Source: Camelus dromedarius
Lineage: Eukaryota
DNA: 64,000 bases
Direction: 5' to 3'
Assembly: GCF_036321535.1 (NCBI RefSeq)
Contig: NC_087436.1
Coordinates: 37,636,001 to 37,700,000 of the forward strand
A program made the translations under genes and the position numbers. The notes under the pieces were generated by a model. The model was not told where the DNA came from and did not search any database. It saw only the letters and a list, made by a program, of their open reading frames with translations. Of this stretch, positions 39,528-52,412 are shown piece by piece. The first letter of the stretch is position 1. The number at the start of each line of letters is the position of its first letter.

Positions 39528-39743
39528 TTAACTTTTTTTTCCATTGAGTCAGTTTACAATGTTGTGTCAATTTCCGGTGTAGAGCACAATTTTTCAGTTA
39601 TACATGAACATACATATATTCATTGTCACATTCTTTTTCACTGTGAGCTACCACAAGATCTTGTATATATTTCCCTGTGCTATATGGTATAATCTTGTTT
39701 ATCTGTTCTACGTATGCCTGTCAGTATCTACAAATTTCGGAAT
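39528..39743 (-). mobile_element. Young 5'-truncated L1 3' end
   Basis: tttacaatgttgtgtcaatttccggtgtagagcacaat... with 12-bp TSD ttgagagatttt at 39516-27 and 39744-55. Confidence 0.8.
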
Positions 39744-40614
39744 TTGAGAGATTTTCTTTGCGTCAGGATTGTTTTCAGACAAAACACTCCCAATATATGT
39801 TATTTGATCACTTGTGTCCCCACAAGTCATCACCATAGTCTCCTGTTATTCCTCCATCATTTTTATACGTACAAGCTCTTTCATGATTATTATACATAAC
39901 TATAATTTTTGGTTGTTTAAAAATAGCATTTAAATATCTGATATAATGTTGCAATGTCTTGTCTCAGGAAGAAAGCAGTCTTTTTCACCTGAGGTCTCCA
40001 AGTCAGTCACTTGGTGATTATGAAATGATGCAGAATTGATTTCTTCATCAGTGGAGTGGTCCCTCTAATCTTCAGATCTTATATTAAAAAACCAGAAAGT
40101 ACATGAAAGACATATCTGTTTTGCTCATCTAGTACTTAGCAAACACCCAATCCACAGTCCATAATCAATAAATGTTTATTATAAGAATGAGTACATGAGT
40201 GAAGGTGAGGTCAACACATAGGCAAAGTACAGGAGAAAAATAAAGTGATTTGCAATGACATTAAGTGATCATGGATTATAGTCCTGGCAGAGAAGAGAAC
40301 ATTTATTTTTCATTCAAACATAGAATTACAATTTTTGAAGGCTAAACCTCTCTTTTGACCACCATTCATTGGCAGTAGAAATTAATTTCTGGACAAGCAG
40401 TGGTGGGAACTGGTAAGATTTTGTTTGGACATGATTTCGGAGGTTGAGCCAGTTCATGTGTAGTTCTCAAGAAAGTTCACTTCCCTTCAAACTTTTCTGA
40501 ATTATATTTCTTAATGGGTTCCTGCATCAAACAAGTAAATTATGTTTTGTCCAATAACTTTTAGCTGTGTTATTCATGTCTCCCCACATAGGGAAAAGGT
40601 TCTTTTGTGAGGGG

Positions 40615-40790
40615 GTTAAGCCAGGGGGACTGGGTTCTAGTGTGGGTTCAGCCACCTACACGTAATGGGATGACGGGGGCAAGTCACTTAACATCTTTGA
40701 ACTTCAACTTAATCCTTATTAACATCAAAGATGCCTCTCCTAACAGCCTCACAGGGCTGTTCTGAAGTTTAAGTTGAAGCAGATAAATAT
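40615..40790 (+). mobile_element. MIR SINE
   Basis: ctgggttctagt...gggcaagtcacttaacatctttgaacttca...cctcacagggctgttctgaag. Confidence 0.7.
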
Positions 40791-41055
40791 TTCAAACCAC
40801 AGAACTCACATGTGCAAAATTGTAATTTTCTTTGTGTTTTAAGATGAATTTAGTTTCAATCTAGGACTGCCATCCTGTCTTTTAGAAGATAATTTAATCC
40901 AGTTGACTGCAGGAAATCTCAGCCACTTTGGTGTTTTCTCAGGCAATTTATATTTTCAGTGCAGTCACAGGCAGGAATTCTCTCTTCTGTCTCCTTCTAC
41001 TCATAACAGCACCTACAGTCCGTGAAGCAGGTTTTGTGAAGAAATCCAGGTGGAA

Positions 41056-41233
41056 TAGGGTTGCCAGATATGGCAAATAAAAATACAGATGCCCAGTTAA
41101 GTTTGAATTTCCAGAAAATATTGCATTGATAAACAAGAAAATATTGTATGGGACATACATACTTTTAGGAAAAAAATTTTGTGTATCTAAAATTCAAATT
41201 TATCTGGATGTTCTAGGTTTTTCTGGCAACTTT
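41056..41233. mobile_element. MER53 palindromic hAT MITE
   Basis: tagggttgccagat...aaataaaaatacagatgcccagttaagtttgaattt...aaattcaaatttatctggatg...tctggcaact, with terminal and subterminal inverted repeats. Confidence 0.85.
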
Positions 41234-41906
41234 GGGGTGAAGGCATCCGGGCTGCAATAACCCACCATCTTACTCTGCCATTAGCACTGGTGTCATCTAC
41301 TCCTTATGGTCTTTTCATTGGCATATAGCCTCAGTGGCAATCAGTGAAGCTTCCAAGTCCCTCTTCTTATCTCCTGTCTTCAGATCCATGTGGTAAATAC
41401 TGCATTTTCCTCAATTAGATGGTGAAGACTCCTTAAATCATTTTAATTAACCACTTGTGCAGCCTTCTCAGGAATGTAAGAAATTTCTGGCTCCACTTCC
41501 AGACCACTCTGTGGTTGAGCTGTCTGTCTCAGAAATTTCCTACCTACACATGCCCCAGAGTTCCAGCTGTGGGCCATGGTGCTATGGAGAGCTTCTCTTC
41601 AAGACTTGTGCCATTCCCAGGCTTAACCCAAGGGGTAAAGCTAAAGCTCTGTCTGCTCTTTGATGTTCAATCTGGGCAGTTCAACAGATGGGATGAGTCC
41701 CTGAAAGTAGAAAAGCTGGACTCAGTTTCCTCAAGATGACTCACAGCATTCAGGTACTCTTTTTCCCTATTCTTTTTGTTCTCTTCTCATTTTCCCTCAG
41801 GTCTTGATAACTTTATCTACTCTTCTCTGTGCACTGTGGTGGTGGTGGGGCAGGGAGGGGGGCCAGTGCGGCAGAGAAGGAAGAAATAGGTTATACTATC
41901 TCTCTC

Positions 41907-42100
41907 TTTTTTAACTGAAGTATAGTTGGTTTACAGTGTTGTAATTTCTGGTGTACAGCATAGTGATTCAGTTATATGAATAAAATATATTTACATATAT
42001 ATATATATATATTCCTTTTCACATTCTCTTTCACCATAGGCCATTACAAGCTATTAAATATAGTTCCCTGTTTTATACAGTAGGACTTTGTTGTTTATCT
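41907..42100 (-). mobile_element. 5'-truncated L1 3' end
   Basis: ctgaagtatagttggtttacagtgttgtaatttctggtgtacagcatagtgattcagttata...tagttccctgttttatacagtagg. Confidence 0.8.
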
Positions 42101-42148
42101 GTCTCTTCATCTACTCTCTTTTCTATCAGTTGTTTATGGCATAAGATT

Positions 42149-42393
42149 CTTTTTGCTTTTTTAACATTTTTTTATTGAGTAATAGTCATTTTACAATGTT
42201 GTGTCAAATTCCAGTATAGAGCACAATTTTTCAGTTATACATGAACATACATATATTTGTTGTCACACTTTTTTTTCGCTGTGAGCTACCACGAGATCCT
42301 GTATATATTTCCTTGTGCTGTACAGTATAATCTTGTTTATCTATTCTACATTTTTAAAATCCCAGTCTGTCCCTTCCCACCCCCTGTCCCCTT
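42149..42393 (-). mobile_element. Young 5'-truncated L1 3' end
   Basis: Same subfamily as 39528-39743. Perfect 20-bp TSD gttgtttatggcataagatt at 42129-48 and 42394-42413. Confidence 0.85.
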
Positions 42394-43989
42394 GTTGTTT
42401 ATGGCATAAGATTTTATGCCTTGATTCTAATTTTTTTCTCAAACATTTTGTTATAAAAATTTCAAATATATAGCCAAGTTGAAAGGATTTTATGGTGTAC
42501 CATAAAATGTACATTATACCATTAAAATTTCACTCAACTTGTTTATTGTGTATCTATCCATCTGCCCACTTCTTTTCATCCATCAATTCATGTTACTTTG
42601 TGAGGCATTTCAAAGCAAATTACACAAAAGGAATTAATCTTTAAAATTAAATATATATATACAATTTTCATAAACACACTCTTGCAATTCAAAGCTTTGG
42701 TTTTCAGGATGGTCTCTAGAGTTTCAAGAGTCTGTTTGGAAATTCAAAAGCTGAACAGGGGCTGTTTTTCCCTTTGCCGTCAATGACAAACTTATTCAGC
42801 CCCGAGACAGAAATTCTTTACTGAGCAAAGGATTAACTACATGAAACGAAGAACTGTGTGTGCTTGTGGGAGTCACCAGTTAACACTGCAACACATTAAC
42901 TTATCTCATAAGATATAATAAAGCACAGTGCAAATGTAGGAAATGTTATTGAAGACCACCTTTATGCCTTTTTAAAATTCCCCCATAGCATGTATGATTA
43001 TTTACGTTGTTTATTTATTATATATTCACCAAGGTTAGGAGAAAAAAAATTTAAGGGGGTTTTGTATGGAGGCAAAATAATGTTGTTCACATAACCAAAT
43101 TAAGAAAGGGTGAAATATTTGCCTATAAAGTGAATAAAAAGAAAATACATTTAAAGAGAACAGCTTTTAAAAAGTGAATTGATATTCCTACTTGATCCTT
43201 TCTGATTTAGAGACAAAACACATAACTTTGTGTATCCCTGTGGTCGTTCTCTTCTCAGCTGTGTTCTGAGAAGTAGAAGTGTACTAGGATTTCCTACTAA
43301 AGATTTTTTACATAAACAGATTTGTTAAATTAAAGTATATATCACTACTCTGTACTCTGAAGGTACCATGTTAGTTCCCAAAGCTAAAATGATTAATATT
43401 GATCCTACCTTCAAGAGGCTTACAACCTCTCGGGAGAGAAAGGTAGATAAAACTAACCGTGGTTTTATGATAAGGGCTGGAACTGATGCTTCACAAAGCG
43501 CCGTGGGATCACAAAGGAGGAGGTTACTGACTGCTTTGGAAAACCGGGGAATCCTTCTGAAGAGGCTGGCAGTCTGGCTGGGTCAGATGGTTTACTGCTT
43601 TGGGCAGCGCTGAGGCAGGCATGGAGGTTTCATATAGTCTGCACTTTCATTAAGACCACAGACTGGTTGGCAAAATCCAATTTGCCCTATGTTGTATCTG
43701 ATATGCCTTAAAAACTAAGTGTGTAGTGAAAATAGACATGGCATGAAAGAATTGCTTCAAAGTTCCAACCTAGAGGGACACAGGCATATGTCCCCTATGA
43801 GGCTATAGAATTTGGAACATGCCTTTTCTAGTCCAAGCCCAGATATGGGGTATGAAAGAGAGGTAATCTGCTAGTTTGGAGGCCAAGAAATTGACATTTC
43901 TGATCTTTAGATCTTTTATAACCTCTTGAGAAGATACCTGATTCGGCAACACTATAGATTTAGTCTCAGGTGGGGAGGAGGCTTTCTGT

Positions 43990-45160
43990 GTGTCTGAGCA
44001 CTACGTGTACTTGCACTAAAATCGTTGGCACTATTTTAGGTTTGAGAAACATAGAGTGAACACAACAGACAAAAATCGCTGTCGTGGAGTTTACGTTCTA
44101 AAAGTGGGAGGCAATGAACAAAAAAGAGAAATACATAGAGTATGATACACAGTGCTATGGAAAAATATAGCAGGAAAGCACTGGGATGAAAGCAGTTTTA
44201 AATAGGGAGGCCAGGTAATGTCTCGATGAAGAGATGGCATTGAAGCAATGACCTGTTGGAGTTGAGGGGTAAGCCATGAGGTTATCTAGCAGAATAACAG
44301 TTCTTGGCGGAGACAATAGGAAGTCTACATGACAGGTTCATGGACCAGTAGTGTGGCTGGGACATGGATCTGAGTCAGCAAATGGGAGATTGCTGAGAAA
44401 GAGGTCAGAGCAGCGCAAGCTAGCGTGCGTAGGACCCTGTGCGCCACTATAGAGTTCTGCTTTCCCTCTGAGTGAGCTGGGAAGCCACTGAAAGATTTTG
44501 AGCAGAGGAGTGACATAAAATGGTACATTTTAAGGACTCAGAGTGGCTACTAGATTGATAATCGATGGGAGAAGAGCAAGAGTGGAAGCAAGGAGGCTGT
44601 TAGGTTACTGCAATAATCCAGGTAAGAGGCGATGGAGGCTTGGTCATTGCAAAGATGCTAAGCATCCTGCCCAAGGTCACACAACTAGTAAATGATGGAA
44701 TCGGGCTTTGACACAAAGACAGAAACCAGTCACTACCGGATGCTCTCTTAAGAATTTTCATGTGAATAAAATTAGGAAACAATCATTGAAGTTCCCATTT
44801 TGAAAAGTTATAAATATGCGTGTTTATTTCATTTCACCACTCCCCACTTAAAGCGGGAAGTCTCCAGGCACTGGGGCAACATACTGCTCTCCTTTTGAAA
44901 TATATTTTCAGAGAGCCTTAAAAAATGTCCAGATGCATTGGGGTAAAGGCTGTGAGAGGAAAGGAGGAGTCAAGGATGACTCCAGGGTTCTTAGGCCAGA
45001 GCATGAACGTTGTCATCGATTGTGATGGGGAAGACAAGTTCTGTGGGAGAAGATCAGAAAGTAGCTTTTATACAAGTGCAGAAGGAAGTCCCTAGTAAGC
45101 ATCCAAATAAGGATGGCAAGTAGGCAATTAATATAGGACTTTGGAGTTCAGAGGTGTGAT
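43990..45160 (-). mobile_element. L2a fragment, interrupted by MIR and other sequence at about 44650-44930
   Basis: gtgaacacaacagacaaaaatc...gggaagccactgaaagattttgagcagaggagtgacat...aggaggagtcaaggatgactccagggtt. Confidence 0.75.
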
Positions 45161-45829
45161 TCATTCCGAGCACCCCGGGTGAACTGATTATTAAATACTT
45201 CAATTACCACGAGTTGTTAAAGATTTTAAATATTACTTTTGATAATATCCAGTAAGTGGTATTACAGCTGTCAATCTCATCCGTGTAGTACATAACGCAC
45301 ATATCCAGGTTTATTTTTACTAAAATCCACTTTGATCACGTAATACCTTTGTGCAAAGGTCTTCAATAGCGCCCCATGGCCTATGCAATAAAGGTAAAAT
45401 TCATTCGTCAGAAATTAAGAGCCTTTCACAATTTGATCCAATCAGCTTTAGACAGACCGGTTATACTGGGCTTGCCTGCATCCTTCTTACTTAGATTTGT
45501 CCATCTCTGTTTCATTTAAGTTCCTCCCCTTATGGTAATAGATCTCTAAATATCTCAGTTCTCACCATCTATGAAAAGTCTCTCCACCCATCAAGGCCCA
45601 GCAAGAACTCCAACTCCTGCAGTAGAAATAAAGCTGAGAATGCGCTCGCTCTCTGACTTCTTACAGGCAGGCACACAGGCTACACAAACTGTGTGTGTAT
45701 GTGTCTATATATATACAGACATTTCACTGGAAGTAAGAACTTTTATTTTCCTTTGGAACCCGCTTAGTACCATGTTCATGGTAAGTGGTATGTAAATGAC
45801 TGACGGCCCCATCTTTCAGCTCATGTAAT

Positions 45830-46030
45830 TATTAGTATCTAAGCTCTCACATGTTATTATCGCAGACAGCAACTCTAAGAAGGCAACACTGCTCCTATCC
45901 CCATTTTACAAATGTGGGAGCTGAGCCTTAGGGTCCTTACACATTGCTCCTGAATTTACAAGCAATGAATGGTACAGATGAGCTGCAAATCCAGATGACT
46001 GGACTCTAGAGTCAGCTCTTTTAGTCACCA
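45830..46030 (-). mobile_element. MIR SINE
   Basis: ctatccccattttacaaatgtgggagctgag...tggactctagagtcagctcttttagtcac. Confidence 0.7.
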
Positions 46031-46864
46031 CGAGGCACTCTGTCTCCTACCTAGACAGCACAGTCACTTAAAAATCCACGCAAATAGATCCAGGAAGCAA
46101 AGGAGGTTTTTCAGCCTCAATACTGAAAGAGTATTAAAGAAAAAGCCATGTTTATTTTACCTGCCAAAGGATCCCTCCAAGCATTTATAGAAATGTGATG
46201 ATCTCTCTTGGACTAATTTTGAGAGAATTATCATCAACCTGAATGATAGCTACAGACCAACGATGGGTAGTTCCTTGGTCTTTTACTTCGCCATATTTCC
46301 CTTTGTTCGTTATTTTCCTCTAGATATTATTTTAGTCACTTGAGAAATGAGGACTCTTCGAAATCACTTTGGAAACATGGAGTGATGTGTCCATTTCTCT
46401 GAAAATTATTGCAGCCAGTGAGACTTATGAAACAAAGCTTGACTAATAGCCAGACTCTTAAAGTATACAGCACATGCGAGAGGGTTGGAGGTGAGGCGAA
46501 GAGGGCATATGTAACAGAAAATATCCAGTTTTTTTCCCTAGGACTGGACTAGTGCAAATCCCTTTTTTCCTCAAACCAAACTTGGAGCTCTCTAGCAAAG
46601 TTCTTGTTTATTCATAAATCACCACATGGCTCTCTGGAGCTAATAGAAAATCTGTTTTTTGTTAAACTGCCATAGCAGAAGAGGCAGAGGAATTATAATG
46701 AAAAATGCAAAGATATAGGATTTCCATTCAAAGAAGCAATCACACCATGATGTGCTACGAAATGAGTGTGCAACAGGATACCTGTGCAAGGGGCCCAAAG
46801 ACAACAGTGCCAAGGAGAGTACTTTCTGGCAAGACAGTGTTCTTTCTTGGGCTCACGACTTAGA

Positions 46865-47130
46865 AAACAAACTGGTTACTGAGGAGAAAGGCGGGGAGGG
46901 ATAGATTAGGAGTTTGGGATTAACAGATACACACTACTATGTATAAAATAGATAAACACCAAGGACCTGCTGCAAAGCACAGGGAACTATATTCAATTCC
47001 TTGTAATAACTTACAATGGAAGAGAATTTTAAAATATATATATATGTATGTATGTATGTATACGTAGAATTGAATTGCTTCGCTGTACATCTGAAAGTAA
47101 CATTGTAAATCAACTTCAATAAGAAATAAG
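46865..47130 (+). mobile_element. 5'-truncated L1 3' end
   Basis: gggagggatagattaggagtttgggattaacagatacacactactatgtataaaatagataaac...acattgtaaatcaacttcaataag. Confidence 0.85.
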
Positions 47131-48849
47131 AATTAATTAATTAATTAAGGCCCTATACCCTAGTCGTAGATGTCAATGCAGTAAAATTGCTAGATCACTT
47201 CTATGAATTTTAAAATGTATGAATTTTAGATATTTTAATTTACCCTTGGTCAGTAAATACGTAAACTGACTCAGGATATCTTAAAGACTTGACTATTCAA
47301 ACAAAAAAAAGACAATGTTCTTTCTAACCACTTCTTTAGATCAGTGTTACCACATTACTGAGTTATTATTACCAAATACACAGGTAAGGCTGACAGACGC
47401 CTTGAGCCATATGTAACTCTGTTGTGTGTGTGTGTGTTTGTGTTGAGGGGGCAAGAAAAATATTTTTATGTTATTGTCTTTTTTTTTCTTTTCTGATGAG
47501 TAGATTTTAGTGTTAATGAAGTGTCGGTCTCCAGGAAATCCCTGCTTACATTCCATAAAATCGGATATGTGAGTCATAAGTTTTACCTTTAGAACTCTGA
47601 ACAAATTTGATTCCCACTTGTATTTTTGGAAACTGCCTTAAGGAAAGATCATTTTGTTTCACTCACATGAACCCCCCCCAACAGACCAAGAAGCCAGCAG
47701 AAAGTAAACACACATACATACACATACAGACATACACATTCTAGGTGGAGAGAGTGCGTGTGTGGGGGTATGACTCAGTTCTCAGTTCGGGAAGCAGAGG
47801 GAATTCAGCAGGGCTGGAGCACAGGGGGAACTGGAGAGTGGTAGATCTGAAGGAGACAAAGGAAGGTCAGATCTTCGCCACCCACTCATTTCCTGCTAAA
47901 GAATTTGAATTTCAGGAGTTTTAGGATTTATCCTATACGTATGTGCGTGGCTGTACGCCTGAAAGTAACATTGTAAATCGACTTCACTTCAATAAAAAAT
48001 AAGAATTTAAAAGTTAATTAATTAATTAATTAAGACCCTATACTCTAGTTGTAGGTGTCAGTACAGTAAAATTATTAGACCAAATAGGGAGATCTAAACA
48101 AAAATGTAAATTCAGTGATTGCCTGTAAATTCCTTCTTTTCTCCTTTCAACAGCACATTCTTCCCTTGCCTTTTCTTTTGCTCCCTCTCCTCCGAGTCCA
48201 GAATGAGGTCTTCTGCTCTATCCTGGGCCATGGGTGCAGCTCCAAGCGTTTGCTTTTATCTGCACTATCTAGCAAGTGTGCCGTTGCCTTAGTGCCCTGT
48301 AAAATGACAAGTCAGCTTATTAAAGCTAAATGTTAGTGCCCCCCAAAAAAAGTTTTTTATCGTGGAGTCATCGAGAATACCTGGATAACTTATGAAAAAG
48401 ACAGTCTGGAGACTTGAATCTTGAGAACCAAGCTTAATCTTCCTGCTAATATGGAAGATTAGCTTTATGAACAATGCCTGATATCTTTATAATGAATTAT
48501 CTTCTCTTTCAGTTCCATAAGAATTAGTAGCACTTACAGAATTATCTATGATTCATTAAATGTCACACCGCGAAGCTCACATATACAGGACACTGTCAGA
48601 AGGTCCTGCCTTTAGGGAAGCAAGTAACCAAGCTGTCAAAAGGTCGACAGTTACTTACTTGCACTGGGAAATACAGTGAAATTATGGCAGTTAGGCTACT
48701 GAGGAAAGGCTTGGTTTGCCCAGGCGTTCTTGGTAACTTCCTCCTCCAGCGGGAGAAACTGCCAGTAAAGGAAGAATGACAATTTACATACCATAGCAAG
48801 GCTAATCCGCCTTGTGTGTTAGTCACAGCACGCCTACTTGAGACATCCT

Positions 48850-48859
48850 GGGAAATCCC
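48850..48859 (+). promoter_or_regulatory. NF-kB site GGGAAATCCC in the putative proximal TNIP3 promoter
   Basis: Exact GGGRNWYYCC match about 240 bp upstream of the 49091 exon. ABIN-3 is a known NF-kB-inducible gene. Confidence 0.7.
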
Positions 48860-49090
48860 TATCTGGAAGAGAAGAAAAGTTAAAATCACCATTGCTGTGC
48901 TTATTCTGTGGAATTCGTGGACAGAGTCACTTCTATTCATTTTCAGTGAAATACTGAAAAACTGTTCCTGTGATTTTCTATCATGAGTTAACTGTTTGTG
49001 TGATCTTTTTTAAATTTGATGTATTTGCTCTCACTTTAAAAGATACCATAAGAGACATTTTCTTTCCTTTTTTTCTTCCTACTATCCAAG

Positions 49091-49177
49091 ACTCCAGGAA
49101 AAACAGCTTCCGTGGTAACTTGCGTCCAGAGCACAACTAGAATGAGTGGTGCGGAAAGTTGTACGGAGCTTGCAGAG
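49091..49177 (+). CDS. TNIP3: TNIP3 exon, TPGKTASVVTCVQSTTRMSGAESCTELAE (equivalent to first coding exon of the short isoform)
   Basis: Polypyrimidine tract plus ccaag| acceptor and GAG|gtaaga donor; 87 nt, 29 codons. Aligns with recalled human MAHFVQGTSRMIAAESSTEHKE. In-frame ATG at 49142. Confidence 0.88.
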
Positions 49178-50414
49178 GTAAGAACACATTTCTAGGGGGT
49201 GAACTGACTGTATTTAGCATCAACAGCATTGCTACTGGCTCATTATGCAATGATTAATAAGAGTAGAAATGGCTAGTTTGCTTTCTTTAGCTAAGACCTG
49301 CTCTATATTTTTTAACAATGTTATTCAACAACAACAAAAAAACTAGGTGATGGTTGCATTTTTTTTAACACCTCTGAGCTGCGTTTCTTCTTTTACAAAA
49401 TGAGAAATTAAATTCCATCCTCTCAGCTTTTCAATTCTGTGTGTTTCATATTTTGTTCTTGAGTTAGAGGAATTTGGTTCAATGTAAAATTTAAAAAGAA
49501 TATTATATTGATGCGGTTAGAAATAAAATCTATTATAGCAATAGAGTGTCTATGGTAAAATATTTATTTATATATGCAATTAATTATGTAATCTTTGTTT
49601 GTTAACTGGTTACTGCAACAAATACTAATTGAATAAATGAATGAATGAATGAATAAAAATGTTTCTTAAAGGTTTTTTTTTGAGAGATAACTAAGATATT
49701 GTAGGAAACTCAGTGAGACTCTTGTTCATTTAGGTGTTTAATTTAGCAATGTCAGAACTTGAATATCTTAGAGGTTGGTCTGGTATTAGGATAAATGAGA
49801 AAATAATGCCCAGCCACTTTGAACACAGATTACATTTTATAGGGAATAACTGTTCTTTAAATGGGCCCTTAGAAGGACCAAAGACTAAAAATCTTCCTAT
49901 TTATTGCAAATAGCTTTATTAACAACTGGAAAGCAAAGCAAATGCAAATGAAAAGTTTCCCCCAAACTTTGTATTTAATTGATTTTTTTTCATTTTAATA
50001 CATATCTAAGACATATGAACCATGGTAAAATGTTGATTGATCTCCAGAGAAATCCCTACATTTATGGCTTATAAGCCATACCTATTGTTGTGATGATCTT
50101 GTAAATGATTTTTATAAAGAATTATTTATATATAACTTATTTATAAAAAAAATCAAGAGTCAAAATATTTCATAATTTTTTCAGAGAAAATTGTATATGG
50201 AAAAAAATGCACACTCTCTGATTACTCTTAATCTAAATTCCCAGAAGGCAAGGTCATACAAATGTTTGCTGGTCACAGATTTTTTTGTGTGTGTATATCA
50301 TAGATGGAGAAAAGACTTTTTGAGGACCTAAAATCCATGTTCCGAAGCACAGTGTGGAATGCAACAACCTTGAACTTTAGTATGAATATGATAGTCTGTG
50401 AAATTTATTAAAAA

Positions 50415-50745
50415 TAGAGGTCAGATAAATAGGTGGAGCATAGAGGATTTTTAAGGCAGTGAGACCATTCTGTATGATACTATAATGATGGTTACACGTC
50501 TTTACACATTTGTTCTAAAACCATTTGTCTAAACCCATAGAATACACAACACCAAGAGGGAACCCCAGTATAAACTATGGATTTGGTTAATAATGATGTG
50601 TCAATATAGGTTCATCTATTAACAGATACACCAGCCTGACAGGGGATGCCAATAATGGGGAAGACTGCCACGTAAAGGGGCAGCAGGTGTATGGAAAATC
50701 TCTATACTTTCCACTCAGTTTTGCTGTGACCTAAAATTGTAAACA
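50415..50745 (+). mobile_element. L1MC1/2-like 3' end, followed by a MER5-like remnant at about 50760-50860
   Basis: gagcatagaggatttttaaggcagtgagaccattctgtatgatactataatg...tatactttccactcagttttgctgtgacctaaaa. Confidence 0.75.
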
Positions 50746-52331
50746 AGAAGATAGAGTGCTATGGCTCCCTTTCAGACATTCTGATTCAGTGTTCAGAGTG
50801 TTCTATGTGTAGCAAGCTCCTAGGGAGACTTTGATGCACTCTTGTGGTGAGAACCCCTGGCGTAGAGTCCAGGCTTACCGCACCTCTGCTTTGCTGAGCA
50901 CAAGACACTCTCAGCAGGGTTGGCTCACAGCATTTTCCACATCAAAGCTGCCTAATATTTAGTCTGTTCTGATCCAGAATGAGTCCAGACCCCTGGAAGT
51001 CCTGAAAAGGAGAAACCTCAATTGCAGGACCAAACATACTTGCCACCTAGAAATTGATGTCACTTCTGGCACTCAGCCAAACCAGCTGGGGGTCAAAGGA
51101 GGTCTAATCATTCTGATTTTGTTGACCCACAGAAAAAAATGTCTCTTTTAAAATGCAGTCTTAATTATAAATGGGTCTGAATAGGAAGTAGCTAAGAAAA
51201 CTAAGAACTGCGTTTATAGAAACGTAAGATACCATCAAGACCTAGAACGCTGAGTGAGACAAAAGTAAGTAAAGATAGAAAAATAGTTTTATAAGTCATT
51301 TCTAATGCAAAAAGCCCTTGAAATCCCATGATGATTGCAAAAGAGCATTTCCTGTAACGTTTCTGACAAAGGCCAACATGTTCTGAAAATATTTCTTAAG
51401 TGCTCGTGAATACCGTTAAGCAATTTCGTGGTCCACAATATCTACTGAGCCTGAAACTGAATAGCAGATTTGGGGACTACCCTCTACCTAATTTACTGTA
51501 TTACTTCTATGACTCAGCCGTGAGGTGGTTATAAGACTGTTGAGTTGGAACAGAGAAATTAGTACTTAAGGGAACCTTGCTGGTGGTCGATTTAGACAGA
51601 TGGCAGGCAGTTTCCAGAGCTTTTGTGCTTTCTTTAAATACATTGAAAAGAAAAAACCCTGTAAAGAAAGGTGGTTAACTTTTTCACCGTGCCAATGATT
51701 TATTGTTAATCTAAATTTGTAACCTATTGGGTTTATTCAAAAGACTGCTTAAAATTACACCATGCCAGGTAATCTATGCCCACCTCCATAACATAATCGT
51801 ATGATGGTCATTGAGGGTAGTTAATTCATTGTAGTTTCCAGAATCGGTTTGCTGCCACTTAACTGTCAGGTGTTGGTCTTTTTTTCTTGATGGTTCTATC
51901 ACTCCTCTGACTTTTGCCCGGGCCACTCTTCAGATCATGGACACAGCTACAAACATAATTTTTCAGAAATGTTTACTAGGTAAATACCTAACATGTATCC
52001 ATGAAACTTACCTGATTTCTATACACATGATATGCTGGGTTTTTTTTTTTTTTGAAAAGGGTTGAAATCCAAATTCATAAAATCCTAATTTCTTGCTTGC
52101 CTCTTAACAGACACATTTACAATTTATAAGAGCATCATTTTGGTAGTTGACTCATATAAAGGAGTCCAAAATATAAAGCTTATTCATCAGCAGGTCTCTT
52201 TGAAAGGCTACAGTGTGGGGATTGCCACTGCTAAAATATTTTTTAAAAATCACAACATGAGAGTCTGTGAAAGAAGCATTTCTCCTGTTTTCTTAATAGA
52301 CTGTTCTGTTTCACTTTTTTTTTTTTTTAAG

Positions 52332-52412
52332 TGTGCTCAATCATCAAGAAGAAAGAACTTACCAAATCCTCTTGAACAAAAGATAAAGTGCTTGGAACAA
52401 CAGAGGAAAGAG
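52332..52412 (+). CDS. TNIP3: TNIP3 exon, CAQSSRRKNLPNPLEQKIKCLEQQRKE
   Basis: Poly-T/taag| acceptor and GAG|gtaatt donor; 81 nt, phase 0/0. Matches recalled human CAEPSTRKNLMNSLEQKIRCLEKQRKE. Confidence 0.95.
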
